Positions 18,122-28,213 of a DNA stretch of 64,000 bases are shown here, in pieces; the stretch's first letter is position 1, and every line of letters begins with the position of its first letter. The DNA lies in NCBI GenBank assembly GCA_903827265.1, contig CAIKHN010000004.1, positions 40,067 through 104,066 of the forward strand, in the 5' to 3' direction. The notes below the pieces were generated by a model. That model was not told where the DNA came from and did not search any database. It saw only the letters and a list, made by a program, of their open reading frames with translations. The position numbers and the translations under genes are program-made. The stretch comes from Candidatus Uhrbacteria bacterium. GTDB taxonomy: Bacteria > Patescibacteriota > Patescibacteriia > UBA9934.

Positions 18122-19978
18122 ATGAAACCGCTCTCAAAAAACGCCATCGCTTTTCTCCTTGTTCTCGTCGTTCTCGGCGTCATTTTCGCCAACGCAACCA
18201 TCCCGTCACAAACAAAAACTGAATCGGTGAGCATCTCAACGCTCATGGATAAAATCGAAAGCAAAGAAGTCACAAAAGTCACCGTTGTTGAAGATACGGT
18301 TACCGCTGTTGGAGCAAACAATGTCTCATTCGTTGCCCGCAAAGAACCTGGCCAGTCATTCAACGATCTCTTAGACAGCGACAACGTTAGCCCAGACATT
18401 CGTTCCGGCCTCACCGTTCAAATTGATGAACCAAGCGCAGCAATCACCTTTGCACGAAACGTGTTGCCAACAGCAGCAATCGTGATCGTTCTTTCCGTGG
18501 TGTTGTGGTTCCTCCTCCGCCAAATGCAAGGTGCAAATAGTAAAGCAATGACGTTTGGCCAAAGCGGTGCACGCGAAGTCACCAAAGGAAAAAATCGCCT
18601 CACTTTTGCCGACGTTGCTGGAAACCCTGAAGCAAAAGAAGAACTTTCCGAGATTGTCGAATTCCTGAAAACACCAAAAAAGTTTGCCGATCTTGGCGCA
18701 AAGATTCCAAAAGGCGTGTTGCTCATGGGTCCTCCAGGAACCGGTAAAACGCTTATTGCTCGCGCTGTTGCCGGTGAAGCTGAAGTTCCATTCTTCCATA
18801 TCTCTGGATCGGAATTCGTGGAAATGTTTGTCGGTGTTGGTGCGAGCCGCGTGCGAGACTTGTTCGCAAAGGCAAAGAAAGCGGCTCCATGTATTGTGTT
18901 CATCGACGAAATCGATGCGGTTGGTCGTCAGCGCGGTGCCGGCCTTGGTGGCGGACATGACGAACGCGAACAAACACTCAACCAAATTCTCGTGGAAATG
19001 GACGGCTTTGAGCCAAACCTTGGTGTTATCGTTATTGCCGCAACGAACCGTCCAGACGTTCTCGACTCCGCGTTGCTCCGCCCAGGACGCTTCGATCGTC
19101 GCGTTACTCTCGATCGCCCAGACCTGAAGGATCGTGAGGCGATTCTCAAAATCCACGCCGAAGGCAAGCCGCTTGATGCGAATGCGGACTTGAAGCGCGT
19201 CGCAGAACGCACCACCGGACTTTCTGGCGCCGACCTCATGAATATCATGAACGAAGCTGCAATTTTCGCTGCACGTCGCAACCGCAAAACCATCATGCAA
19301 GAGGATTTACTCGACAGCATCGAAAAAGTACTCCTCGGACCAGAACGCAAGAGCCACATGCTCTCCCCTATTGAGCGAAGCATTACGGCGTATCACGAAT
19401 CTGGCCATGCCATTGTTGGCCATATGCTCCCGCACTGCGACGACGTCCACAAGGTTTCCATCATCTCTCGCGGTCGCGCTGCCGGATACACCATGAGCAT
19501 TCCGGATGAAGACAAGAAAATGCATTCTCGTCGTGAATTCATCGACGAGCTCGCGATGATGCTCGGTGGCTACGTTGCCGAACAAGAAATCTTCGGCGAT
19601 CTCACAACAGGCGCAAGCAACGACCTTCAACGCGCAACACAGCTCGCCCGTGAACTCGTCACGCAGTACGGCATGAGCGACGCGCTTGGCCCTCGTACGT
19701 ACGGCGGACAAGATGAAATGGTGTTCTTGGGCAAGCAAATGAACGAACAGCGTGGATATTCGGAAAAAGTTGCAGAACGCATCGACGACGAAATCAACGT
19801 ACTTCTCAATGCTGCAAAAGAAACTGCCCGCGGAATTATTCGCAAGCAGCGCGCACAAATGGACGCTATCGTGAAACACTTGCTCGAAAAAGAAACCATC
19901 GAGAAAGAAGAATTCATTGCTCTCATTGGCCCAGCAGTGAAGTCAGAGACGCTCGTGCCACTCCCAGTTCAGGGCTAA
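18122..19978 (+). CDS. ftsH: ATP-dependent zinc metalloprotease FtsH
   Basis: N-terminal TM, AAA Walker A GPPGTGKT, second region of homology, HEXGH zinc site (HESGHAIVG). Confidence 0.95.
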   Translation: MKPLSKNAIAFLLVLVVLGVIFANATIPSQTKTESVSISTLMDKIESKEVTKVTVVEDTVTAVGANNVSFVARKEPGQSFNDLLDSDNVSPDIRSGLTVQIDEPSAAITFARNVLPTAAIVIVLSVVLWFLLRQMQGANSKAMTFGQSGAREVTKGKNRLTFADVAGNPEAKEELSEIVEFLKTPKKFADLGAKIPKGVLLMGPPGTGKTLIARAVAGEAEVPFFHISGSEFVEMFVGVGASRVRDLFAKAKKAAPCIVFIDEIDAVGRQRGAGLGGGHDEREQTLNQILVEMDGFEPNLGVIVIAATNRPDVLDSALLRPGRFDRRVTLDRPDLKDREAILKIHAEGKPLDANADLKRVAERTTGLSGADLMNIMNEAAIFAARRNRKTIMQEDLLDSIEKVLLGPERKSHMLSPIERSITAYHESGHAIVGHMLPHCDDVHKVSIISRGRAAGYTMSIPDEDKKMHSRREFIDELAMMLGGYVAEQEIFGDLTTGASNDLQRATQLARELVTQYGMSDALGPRTYGGQDEMVFLGKQMNEQRGYSEKVAERIDDEINVLLNAAKETARGIIRKQRAQMDAIVKHLLEKETIEKEEFIALIGPAVKSETLVPLPVQG

Positions 19979-19985
19979 AACACAA

Positions 19986-20020
19986 AAGCCACGGTCATCA
20001 CGATCGTGGTTTTTTGTTTG
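19986..20020 (+). terminator. rho-independent terminator of ftsH
   Basis: GCCACGGTCATCACGATCGTGG followed by TTTTTTG. Confidence 0.7.
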
Positions 20021-20089
20021 ACCTTGGCCAAAAAATATGCTACGTTTTTCATGCCGTTTCGGCACAAAACCCGCACCCCGAGCTACACC

Positions 20090-20959
20090 ATGAGCGACCC
20101 CTTCGATCGCCTCGTCGTCTTCGACTTCGACGGCACATGCACCCTCGTCGAGAAAGAAGGCAAGGGATTCGTCTCCGCCGTGATCAACACGCTCTCCGAG
20201 GTCGCTGGCCGCGGACCGGAGACCGTACGCGGCCTGTATGAACATCACCAACGAGAGATTCTCAAAACGCCCGAAGCGTACGACTGGATTATTGACGGCG
20301 TCGCCGTCTGCCCTGGAACGCTCGATCCGTATCTTCGGAGCAGCCACGTCGCTCGGAAGGTGCTCGAGAGCTTCGGCATCTCGGGCGATCGCCTCGAGGG
20401 AATGATGCACGTCGTCGGCGAACGCTATCACGATCACTACCAAAAAAGCGACATCGCGCTTCGGCCCGAGTTCCCCGACGTCCTCGCCGCATTCTGCGAG
20501 GAAGCACACGTCGCCATCGTGACGAACAGCGCTGCAGACGCGGTCGAGAAAAAGCTCCGGACGATCCCGAACTTCGATCTCTCCCGTGTGACCCTTGTGG
20601 GAGGTGCCAAGAAGTACGTGGTCGGCGATGAGTTGCTTAGCCGAGTCCCCATCACGAACATCCCGAAAACAACGCGAATCCCCGGACTCGCTCGCGACGT
20701 GCAGCTCCGTCGGCCGCACTACATCGCTCGGCTGCAGGAACAGTTCGATCGGGTTGGAATTCGGGATCCGTCTAAGGTCACGGTGATCGGCGACATCTTC
20801 GAGATGGACGGCATCGTTCCGCTACAACTTGGTTGCAAGTTCGTCCTGATGGTCGGCGTGCATACGCCGCCGTACGAGATCAGGTACATGCTCGCCGACA
20901 GCCGGCGGTGCGTGGCGACCGATCTGAACGAAGCGCTTGGATTCTTCCTCGCGCAGTGA
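20090..20959 (+). CDS. HAD-superfamily hydrolase (GC-rich islet)
   Basis: motif I VVFDFDGT close to N-terminus if start at 20090; ORF opens at 20006; GC-rich. Confidence 0.65.
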   Translation: MSDPFDRLVVFDFDGTCTLVEKEGKGFVSAVINTLSEVAGRGPETVRGLYEHHQREILKTPEAYDWIIDGVAVCPGTLDPYLRSSHVARKVLESFGISGDRLEGMMHVVGERYHDHYQKSDIALRPEFPDVLAAFCEEAHVAIVTNSAADAVEKKLRTIPNFDLSRVTLVGGAKKYVVGDELLSRVPITNIPKTTRIPGLARDVQLRRPHYIARLQEQFDRVGIRDPSKVTVIGDIFEMDGIVPLQLGCKFVLMVGVHTPPYEIRYMLADSRRCVATDLNEALGFFLAQ

Positions 20960-20979
20960 ACGCAGCGCACCACGCGCCT

Positions 20980-21024
20980 CACGACCCTGAGCTCTCACCG
21001 AGAGCCGGGGTCGTTTGCATTTTG
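20980..21024 (+). terminator. nested hairpin terminator ACGACCC-TGA-GCTCTC-ACC-GAGAGC-C-GGGGTCGT + TTGCATTTTGA
   Basis: seen directly; near-identical architecture to the hairpin at 54518-54565. Confidence 0.6.
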
Positions 21025-21025
21025 A

Positions 21026-22048
21026 GTGGTATACTTTGAGCATTCTCGGAGGAGTATGAAAATGAAAAGTGAAAGTCCAATTTATCGGCCAATGCTTTGG
21101 CGTGCCTTGCAAACCGCATGGTCGCATAAAGAGCTCTGGCCATTTGCGGTGCTTGCTGGATTGGCTGGCACTGGCGTGATTGTAAACGACGTCTTGCAAC
21201 AAGCAGAAATTGCGCTCACCCCTGGAGTTGACGTGATGAATGCTGTGAGCGGTAATATTGCGATGTTTATTCGCGGCTACGTTGGTATTGTTTTCGCGTC
21301 CGGAACATCACACATCATTGCAGTCACGCTTGGCATTTGGGCAATTCTCGCGGGAAGCGCGTTTCTTATTGCGCTCTGTCAACAGCTACTTCTTGTTGCA
21401 ATGCATCGCTCAGTCCACCGAAAAAAGAAACTCACCGAACGAGAACTGTTGCGCGCACTGCATCACCACCATTTTCTCCGCATTCTTGGTGTTGATCTTC
21501 TCTTTCACGTTGTCATCTTTATTGTGCTGGGCGGTGGCGGATTTTTGCTACGAAATTTACCAACGTCCGTTCCCGCGGGAGGAGCACTCGGCATTTTACT
21601 TGCCGCCGCCGTACTATTCATCGCATTTGTATTAAATGTTATCGCAATGCTCACTGTTATTGCCGTTGGAGAGGAACGTACAACAATTCTTGACGGCATA
21701 CAGGAGGGCATCGAGCGATTCTTCCGCCATCCACTCGTTGCATGCGAAGTGGCACTCCTTGTATTTGCCGCAAATCTTGCGTTCACCATTGCATTCTTTT
21801 TCGGACTCACCGTCATTGCTCTACCAACAGGATTCCTTTTCGCTGAAGCGCTCTCACAGACATCATTAGGAATCATGATCGGCGTTGCGCTTGTTGGAAC
21901 ATTTGCCGCAACAGTCTTCACGGTATGTATGGCAGGATTCGTGACCACGTTCACCTATGCCGTATGGACGTTGCTCGCGGAATATCTTGATCGTGCACCA
22001 TTTTCATCACGGTTTCACCACCATACTCGTCGTGTGTTTTCGCGATAA
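21026..22048 (+). CDS. polytopic membrane protein of unknown function (start may be 21056)
   Basis: 340 aa, at least 6 hydrophobic helices; stop is 3 nt before pilB start. Confidence 0.6.
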   Translation: MVYFEHSRRSMKMKSESPIYRPMLWRALQTAWSHKELWPFAVLAGLAGTGVIVNDVLQQAEIALTPGVDVMNAVSGNIAMFIRGYVGIVFASGTSHIIAVTLGIWAILAGSAFLIALCQQLLLVAMHRSVHRKKKLTERELLRALHHHHFLRILGVDLLFHVVIFIVLGGGGFLLRNLPTSVPAGGALGILLAAAVLFIAFVLNVIAMLTVIAVGEERTTILDGIQEGIERFFRHPLVACEVALLVFAANLAFTIAFFFGLTVIALPTGFLFAEALSQTSLGIMIGVALVGTFAATVFTVCMAGFVTTFTYAVWTLLAEYLDRAPFSSRFHHHTRRVFSR

Positions 22049-22051
22049 TCC

Positions 22052-23875
22052 ATGCCAGGAAACCTTCCATCCATCGCCGATCTCTTAAAAAAGAAACCTG
22101 CCGATAGCACACCGGCTCCTGTTACGGCCGCGCCAACGCCAACCGAATCACGTGCATCGGACACCACGCTCCCTCCAACTCCCCCGCCAACGGCAAAGGC
22201 GTCGATTGTTATTGGTGATAACGAAACATCAACGAAGCTCACGGAAAAAATGCAGTCTATTTCGTTACGCGAGAGAGAAACGGAAGTTGAACGAGCCGCC
22301 AAAACAAAAAGCGTTCCATACATATCCTTAAAAGGCTTCCCAATTAGTCCCGATGCGCTCGTTCTTATTCCCGAAGAGCAAGCAAAACAAATTAAAACAG
22401 TCGCGTTTTTATTCACCGGCCCAGAACTTCGGATCGGCTCAACGCAACCAGAAGATCCGCGAGTAAAAGAACTCGCATTCGAACTCGGTGAACGACACAA
22501 AACAAACACGGTCGTCTACATCATGAGCGAAGAAAGCCTCTCGCAAGGCTTAAAAATGTATGACGCGCTGCCAAAAATAAAACCAATCGTAAAAGGCGTC
22601 CAAATTACTGAGGACGAGATTGTAAAATTTCAGGCGCAAATGACAGACTTCTCGTCGATCGCTGGCGTGTTGGAGCATTCAAACGTCACCGACGTCATTA
22701 CCGTTGTTATTGCCGCATCACTCAAACTCGGTTCCTCCGACATTCACATTGAGGCAGAAGAAAAAGGCATCGCTGTGCGCTTCCGCGTGGACGGCATTCT
22801 TCAAGACGTCGCAAAACTCGCACCAGAACAATGGAAGAAAATTATTGGCCGCATTAAGCTCATTTCAAGCTTAAAAATCAACGTGAACGACCAAGCGCAA
22901 GACGGACGGTTCACGATTTACCAAAAGAATAACGAAATCGATGTTCGCGTTTCAACGATCCCAACATCGTTCGGAGAATCGGTTGTGATGCGTTTGCTGA
23001 ATCCTGACGCAATTTCCGTCGAGTTCGAGGCGCTTGGATTCCGTCCAGCATCGCTAAAGAAGCTGCAAAAAGAAATCGAGAAACCCAACGGAATGATTAT
23101 CACCACCGGTCCGACCGGAAGCGGTAAAACAACAACGCTCTACGCAATTTTGCGAAAACTCAACACTGCAGACGTTAAAATTATTACGCTCGAAGATCCA
23201 GTTGAATACAAAGTTGAAGGCTTAAACCAAAGCCAGATCGATTACAGCAAGGATTACACATTCGCAAAAGGACTCCGATCGATTCTCCGACAAGATCCGG
23301 ATATTGTGATGGTTGGAGAAATCCGCGATCTCGATACTGCCGAGATTGCCGTTCAAGCCGCACTCACTGGCCACCTCCTCCTCTCAACGATCCACACCAA
23401 CGATGCCGCCGGCGCCATTCCGAGATTCCTCTCCATGGGCCTTGCTCCGCACCTTCTGGCGCCAGCCTTGAACGCCATCATGGGCCAGCGTCTGCTTCGG
23501 AAGCTCTGCAAAGAATGCAAACAGACCGTCGAGATCGATGCGGAAACACTCGAAACCGTAAAAAAACATCTCGATGAAATTCCAGAAGCATCTGGCGAGA
23601 CTAAAGTTGATACGGCAAATCTGAAATTCTACGGACCAAAAGGTTGCGATACATGCAATAACACTGGATACAAAGGCCGCGTCGGCGCATACGAAATTCT
23701 GGTAAAAACCGCAGATCTCGAAAAGACGATTATTGAAAAGGGCACCATCAGCGAATACGACATGCGCGAGCTTGGAAAAACACAGGGTATGGTCACCATG
23801 ACGCAAGACGGGCTCCTGAAAGCACTCGACGGCATTACGTCAGTCGAGGAAGTCAAACGCATCCTTGGCCTGTAA
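22052..23875 (+). CDS. pilB: type IV pilus assembly ATPase PilB/GspE family
   Basis: Walker A GPTGSGKTTT, Asp box, MVGEIRDLDTAEIAVQAALTGHLLLSTIHTND, C-terminal CxxC...CxxC zinc motif; Pro/Thr-rich N-terminal linker. Confidence 0.9.
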   Translation: MPGNLPSIADLLKKKPADSTPAPVTAAPTPTESRASDTTLPPTPPPTAKASIVIGDNETSTKLTEKMQSISLRERETEVERAAKTKSVPYISLKGFPISPDALVLIPEEQAKQIKTVAFLFTGPELRIGSTQPEDPRVKELAFELGERHKTNTVVYIMSEESLSQGLKMYDALPKIKPIVKGVQITEDEIVKFQAQMTDFSSIAGVLEHSNVTDVITVVIAASLKLGSSDIHIEAEEKGIAVRFRVDGILQDVAKLAPEQWKKIIGRIKLISSLKINVNDQAQDGRFTIYQKNNEIDVRVSTIPTSFGESVVMRLLNPDAISVEFEALGFRPASLKKLQKEIEKPNGMIITTGPTGSGKTTTLYAILRKLNTADVKIITLEDPVEYKVEGLNQSQIDYSKDYTFAKGLRSILRQDPDIVMVGEIRDLDTAEIAVQAALTGHLLLSTIHTNDAAGAIPRFLSMGLAPHLLAPALNAIMGQRLLRKLCKECKQTVEIDAETLETVKKHLDEIPEASGETKVDTANLKFYGPKGCDTCNNTGYKGRVGAYEILVKTADLEKTIIEKGTISEYDMRELGKTQGMVTMTQDGLLKALDGITSVEEVKRILGL

Positions 23876-23885
23876 CACAAAGAAA

Positions 23886-23930
23886 ACGACGCGTCTCACC
23901 TATTCGGTGGACGCGTCGTTTGCTAAATAG
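23886..23930. terminator. bidirectional terminator between pilB and rsmE
   Basis: ACGACGCGTC-loop-GACGCGTCGT then TTGCTAAATAG. Confidence 0.6.
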
Positions 23931-24027
23931 AACCCATGTCCGTGGCCCCACATCAGCATCGCGTGTCAGTGCCGAACGTACGGCAGGCTGACATGAGACC
24001 TTATTCAACGCTTTACGCCTCGTCAAG

Positions 24028-24744
24028 TTACGCGGCGAGAAACTTCACTAACGCCGTCCCAACGGTTGCTGCAGTTTCGGCCCGCATAACAAGAGTACCG
24101 ATTTGAACAATAGCCGATCCCGCTGACTGCAATTCCGTAATTTCTGCATCTGAAAAACCACCTTCAGGCCCAACAAACAACGCAACGTGATCCATAACGC
24201 GAACCTTCGGCATAACGGAAACCTTTCCAATCGACTCGTGAAGAACAATACGATCGCATTTCGCTGTTTGCTCAATAGCCGATTGCAACGACGACGGATC
24301 GTGAATAATTGGAAGCATTGTACGTCCGGACTGCTCACTCGCCTCGCGAATAATGTCCAACCAACGCGCAGGAACATCTTTGGTTTTTTTAATAACGCGG
24401 TCGGTAATAAGCGGAATAAACGCCGTCGCGCCGATTTCGGTACATTTTTGCAACGTCCACTCAAACGTATCGCGTTTTGTAATTGCGGCACACACCGTTA
24501 TTGATGGACGAAGCGGCTCCCCCATTCGCGAGCTTACGATGGTGCCAAGAATAGCCGCTTTGGTGATTTCTGTAATTTCGCAGTCGATCTCCGTTCCATC
24601 GTTTGGACAAAGGCTTACGTGATCCCCTATTTTCATCCGAAGCACAGAAACGATCTGTTTATAAATCGATCCTGCAGGAATCGAAAACGCCTGCGCACTT
24701 TGCGCAATCCAATCTGCGGGGACAAAAAAACGGGCAGTACGCAT
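24028..24744 (-). CDS. rsmE: 16S rRNA (uracil1498-N3)-methyltransferase RsmE
   Basis: 238 aa; PUA-like N-terminal domain, SPOUT C-terminal with GPEGGFS motif. Confidence 0.8.
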   Translation of the reverse strand: MRTARFFVPADWIAQSAQAFSIPAGSIYKQIVSVLRMKIGDHVSLCPNDGTEIDCEITEITKAAILGTIVSSRMGEPLRPSITVCAAITKRDTFEWTLQKCTEIGATAFIPLITDRVIKKTKDVPARWLDIIREASEQSGRTMLPIIHDPSSLQSAIEQTAKCDRIVLHESIGKVSVMPKVRVMDHVALFVGPEGGFSDAEITELQSAGSAIVQIGTLVMRAETAATVGTALVKFLAA

Positions 24745-24783
24745 AATATCGACGTGATATCCGATGAGTATAACATCACCCTA

Positions 24784-25218
24784 TCACACTCCCTCCTCGA
24801 TCGTAATTATCCGAGACTGATCATCTTTATGCTCGATTCTGACCGTATACGCCGGCTCCCATGCCACCGTCGGCAACGCATCGGGCCATTCGGCGACGAT
24901 AACCGTATCGAGCCGGCGATACTCGTCGAGCTCGAGCGCCCCAAGCTCTTCAGCCTTTGTGAATCGGTAAAAATCACAGTGAACAATTCGACGGATCGTA
25001 GGATGACTCGATACGACGTACTCGTTCATCACGGTGTATGTTGGAGATTTCACGCGAGCTGTCGATCCAATCGCCGCAGCAAGCCCCTGCGTAAACGTTG
25101 TTTTCCCGGCGCCAAGATCGCCAATAAGGGCAATAAACTCACCACCAACCAAATGGCGCGCCAACTCGGCGGCAATCGCTTGAGTTTCTTCCGAAGAATG
25201 TGAAAGCGTTTTTGTCAT
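24784..25218 (-). CDS. tsaE: tRNA threonylcarbamoyladenosine biosynthesis protein TsaE
   Basis: 144 aa; P-loop [10 protein letters not shown], YjeE family size. Confidence 0.8.
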   Translation of the reverse strand: MTKTLSHSSEETQAIAAELARHLVGGEFIALIGDLGAGKTTFTQGLAAAIGSTARVKSPTYTVMNEYVVSSHPTIRRIVHCDFYRFTKAEELGALELDEYRRLDTVIVAEWPDALPTVAWEPAYTVRIEHKDDQSRIITIEEGV

Positions 25219-25223
25219 AGAGT

Positions 25224-25260
25224 CTCCCCCTCCTTACGAAGGAGGGGGTCGGGGGGAGGT
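25224..25260 (-). promoter_or_regulatory. SD-sequestering hairpin CCCCCTCCTTCGTAAGGAGGGGG in tsaD-tsaE spacer (one of two exact 37-nt copies)
   Basis: AAGGAGG lies 10 nt upstream of tsaE ATG and is paired with CCTCCTT in a perfect hairpin; the same 37 nt are found inverted at 37793-37829. Confidence 0.5.
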
Positions 25261-26264
25261 TAGATGTCCATGTTCGGATCGACATGAAGCGTTAATGGAT
25301 CGGCGCTCACGCCACGTACGGCTCGAAAATATCCTGCCGCGCCAATCATTGCCGCGTTATCCAGGGAATATTGAAACGGTGGAAGGCTCATTGCAAGCCC
25401 GCGCGCTTCTGCCGCCGCCTTTAATCGATCGCGCAACAGCGCGTTTGCCGCAACACCACCGGCAAGAATGATGCTTTTCGGCATGCATCGTCCTGCGGTG
25501 CGCATGGTTTTCTCGACGAGCGTCTCAACAATCGCCTCCTGAAACGACGCAGCAACATCGGCACGAAATGATTCGTCATTCATTCGCACGTCATTTCTCC
25601 GAAGCTCGTACATTACCGCAGTCTTTAGACCAGAAAAACTGAACATTGCGTCATCGCGATCGATCATCGGTCGAGGGAATGCGAATGCCTTCGGATTTCC
25701 TTGCGCTGCCAAACGATCAATTGCCGGTCCGCCCGGATACGGCAAGCCCAACATCTTTGCAACCTTATCGAACGCCTCTCCTGCGGCGTCGTCCAATGTT
25801 TCACCGAGACGCTCAAAATTTCCATGATCGCGCATCAACACAAGCTCGGTATGTCCACCAGAAACGATCAACGCAAGCACCGGAAATTCCGGAGTGTTCT
25901 CAATCCAGTTTGCGTAAATATGACCCTCAAGATGACAAACAGGTACCAGTGGCTTTTTCCACGACCACGCCAATGTTTTCGCGGCCTCAACGCCAACACG
26001 TAACGCCGGAGCAAGTCCCGGCCCAGCCGTTACCGCAATTGCATCAATCCCCGCGCCATCCTGCCGCACCGATCGGGCAATCATCGACGTAATCATTTCC
26101 AAATGTTCTCGCGCAGCAACTTCCGGAACAACGCCGCCATATGCGGCATGAATATCAATCTGCGAACGCACAAGCGACGACTCAACACGAACCACGTCGT
26201 CAATTCCATTCAGAATTGCAACCGCGGTTTCATCGCAACTTGTTTCAATTGCTAGTATTCGCAT
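25260..26264 (-). CDS. tsaD: tRNA N6-adenosine threonylcarbamoyltransferase TsaD
   Basis: MRILAIETSCDETAVAIL start, Kae1/TsaD metal-binding His pair (CHLEGH). Confidence 0.9.
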   Translation of the reverse strand: MRILAIETSCDETAVAILNGIDDVVRVESSLVRSQIDIHAAYGGVVPEVAAREHLEMITSMIARSVRQDGAGIDAIAVTAGPGLAPALRVGVEAAKTLAWSWKKPLVPVCHLEGHIYANWIENTPEFPVLALIVSGGHTELVLMRDHGNFERLGETLDDAAGEAFDKVAKMLGLPYPGGPAIDRLAAQGNPKAFAFPRPMIDRDDAMFSFSGLKTAVMYELRRNDVRMNDESFRADVAASFQEAIVETLVEKTMRTAGRCMPKSIILAGGVAANALLRDRLKAAAEARGLAMSLPPFQYSLDNAAMIGAAGYFRAVRGVSADPLTLHVDPNMDI

Positions 26265-26286
26265 AGAATAGGTACAACAGGACCAA

Positions 26287-26889
26287 TTGGACCTATCATC
26301 AATGATCCGAAGTATGCCTTACATTGAACAGTCATTCAACCTTCCAGAAATGACAGGCCTCTCCACAAAACAAATGGAGGCGCACTTCAAATTGTACGCA
26401 GGCTACGTCAAAAACGTGAATGCGGTTGCGGCGAAAATTGATGAATACAAAAAGGATTCAGAAGCGAACGCTGCTGCGATTTCTGAACTTACGCGTCGAT
26501 ACGCTTTTGAATGGAATGGCATGCGCTTACACGAAATCTACTTCGCAGGCCTTGGTGGCGATGGATCGATTATTGGCCCACTCGCCGATGCAATTGCCGG
26601 ATATTACGGATCAATCGACACCTGGAAAGCTGATGTAAAGGCTATGGCAATGATGCGCGGTATTGGGTGGGTACTTTTGGTGCTCGACCGCACCACAAAC
26701 ACCATGCGCAATATTTGGGTATCAGACCACGAGGTCAGTCATCTCGCCGGATGCGACATTCTCTTCGCACTCGACGTCTGGGAACACGCGTATCTCCTTG
26801 ACTACATGCCAGCACAGCGTGCCGATTACGTGAATGCCGTCTTCGCGAACGTGAACTGGGCGGCGGCAGAGACACGGTTCATTGCGTAA
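26287..26889 (+). CDS. sodA: Fe/Mn superoxide dismutase (start may be 26314)
   Basis: C-terminal DVWEHAYLLDY...N motif and N-terminal helical hairpin typical of Fe/Mn SOD. Confidence 0.8.
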   Translation: MDLSSMIRSMPYIEQSFNLPEMTGLSTKQMEAHFKLYAGYVKNVNAVAAKIDEYKKDSEANAAAISELTRRYAFEWNGMRLHEIYFAGLGGDGSIIGPLADAIAGYYGSIDTWKADVKAMAMMRGIGWVLLVLDRTTNTMRNIWVSDHEVSHLAGCDILFALDVWEHAYLLDYMPAQRADYVNAVFANVNWAAAETRFIA

Positions 26890-26971
26890 CGAACGAATCA
26901 ACGGGTGGCACCGACTTGGCGAGCGCCAGTGACGACGGTGCATGTTTCGCAACGAGCAGCACGGATGCACA

Positions 26972-26997
26972 GCCACGTCGTTCGCGAACGACGTGGC
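26972..26997. repeat. 26-nt perfect palindrome GCCACGTCGTTCGCGAACGACGTGGC sharing 22-nt core with 41047-41080
   Basis: in GC-rich 250-nt convergent spacer between sodA and trmB-like gene. Confidence 0.6.
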
Positions 26998-27139
26998 ACG
27001 GCCGTAGTCGAGTGAAACGAGGCGTTACGGCGTAGCGTCCTTGCGCACAGTGAAGAAACATGTACCCGAGTCACCAGCTCGCGATTAGGAATTCACTGAA
27101 TCCCCGCATACGCGAGGATGACTGAGGTAATTTAGGCGA

Positions 27140-27883
27140 TTATTTCGGATCATCACTTGCTCTCCACGCAATTCCGAATAATAGACGAAGCGAGTCGGCA
27201 AGCGCTTTGCTTTCGATAATGATGGTGATTGGCCGATTCGTGTACGTCAAAACAGACACAAAGTTTCCGTAGATCGCCAAATTCCCACGAAACGTTCCCC
27301 ACGCTTTGTTTAACACGCGATGCGCGAATTTTGGATTCCAGTTTTTCGGTGTCCCGACATAGAGTGCACGAGCATGCTTCGGTTGCCACTTGTACATGCT
27401 TCGCGCTTTCCGAAGTTCCTCGGGCGTAATCCATGCATAAATGTCTTCACCATTTGCGATTTCATCTAAACTCTCCGGACGAATCTTTTCCAAATGCGCA
27501 AAGTACCCGTGAACCGCATCAATTCCCTCGTGGATCATGGTTGATGGGTGCGTTCCGCCTTGAAGCGCAGAAAATAACGGCATCGCACGAACCACGTCGT
27601 CGATTGTTGCTGATTGTTCAGCGACCTGGGATCGCAAGAGTTCAACAACGCGCTCGGCATCGGCGACGCGATAAATCACCCTCCCCTTTTTGCGCACCGT
27701 CCGCACAAGGTTTCGAGTCTTCAGCGATTCGAGCGCTTCAAAGATTGATGTCTTCGAAATACCGCTCCGCTTTACAATTTCTGAAAGCGTTGCGCTCCCA
27801 AGCTCCAAGCCCGCAAGATACGCTTTTGATTCAGACGGGGTAAACGTCGCCGCAGTGAGTAACGCGACAAGATCCACAGACAT
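27140..27883 (-). CDS. TrmB-family transcriptional regulator
   Basis: N-terminal wHTH (ESKAYLAGLELGSATLSEIVKRSGISKTSIFEALESLKTRNLV) plus C-terminal effector-like domain; 247 aa. Confidence 0.7.
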   Translation of the reverse strand: MSVDLVALLTAATFTPSESKAYLAGLELGSATLSEIVKRSGISKTSIFEALESLKTRNLVRTVRKKGRVIYRVADAERVVELLRSQVAEQSATIDDVVRAMPLFSALQGGTHPSTMIHEGIDAVHGYFAHLEKIRPESLDEIANGEDIYAWITPEELRKARSMYKWQPKHARALYVGTPKNWNPKFAHRVLNKAWGTFRGNLAIYGNFVSVLTYTNRPITIIIESKALADSLRLLFGIAWRASDDPK

Positions 27884-28023
27884 ATGAGGAATATGCTACC
27901 AGATTCTCATGTCACCCACAGAAACATGTGAACATTCGCGCCATCATTAGCCAACCAACCGCTCGGCATATGTTTAAAGTACTTACCGGCACAAAAGAAA
28001 AACCACCTCTTTATGAGGCGGTT

Positions 28024-28045
28024 TTTCTGGTGACTCCACGGGGAG
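28024..28045 (-). repeat. duplicate of the 3'-terminal 22 nt of tRNA-Glu (att-like direct repeat)
   Basis: TGGTGACTCCACGGGGAGTCG occurs at 28024-28045 and again as the true tRNA 3' end at 28212-28233. Confidence 0.7.
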
Positions 28046-28213
28046 TCGGCCTCGGCTCTCGGGTCGTCGTCACTCCCCTCGGCCTGGCCACCGCCTCGCG
28101 GTTCCGCGTGGTCGCGGAACATCGCTCCGGCGTTCGACACCCCGACGGACATGCCGCGGGGCATGTCCTTGGAGTCACACAATAAAACCCGCAGCAGAAG
28201 CTGCGGGTTTTAT

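Noticed and set aside
16876-20719. Several long ORFs antisense to rpsA and ftsH (16876-17529, 18371-19300, 18418-18903, 19307-19879, 19943-20719)
   Set aside because: They are all embedded in well-supported conserved genes on the other strand, and their compositions are atypical.
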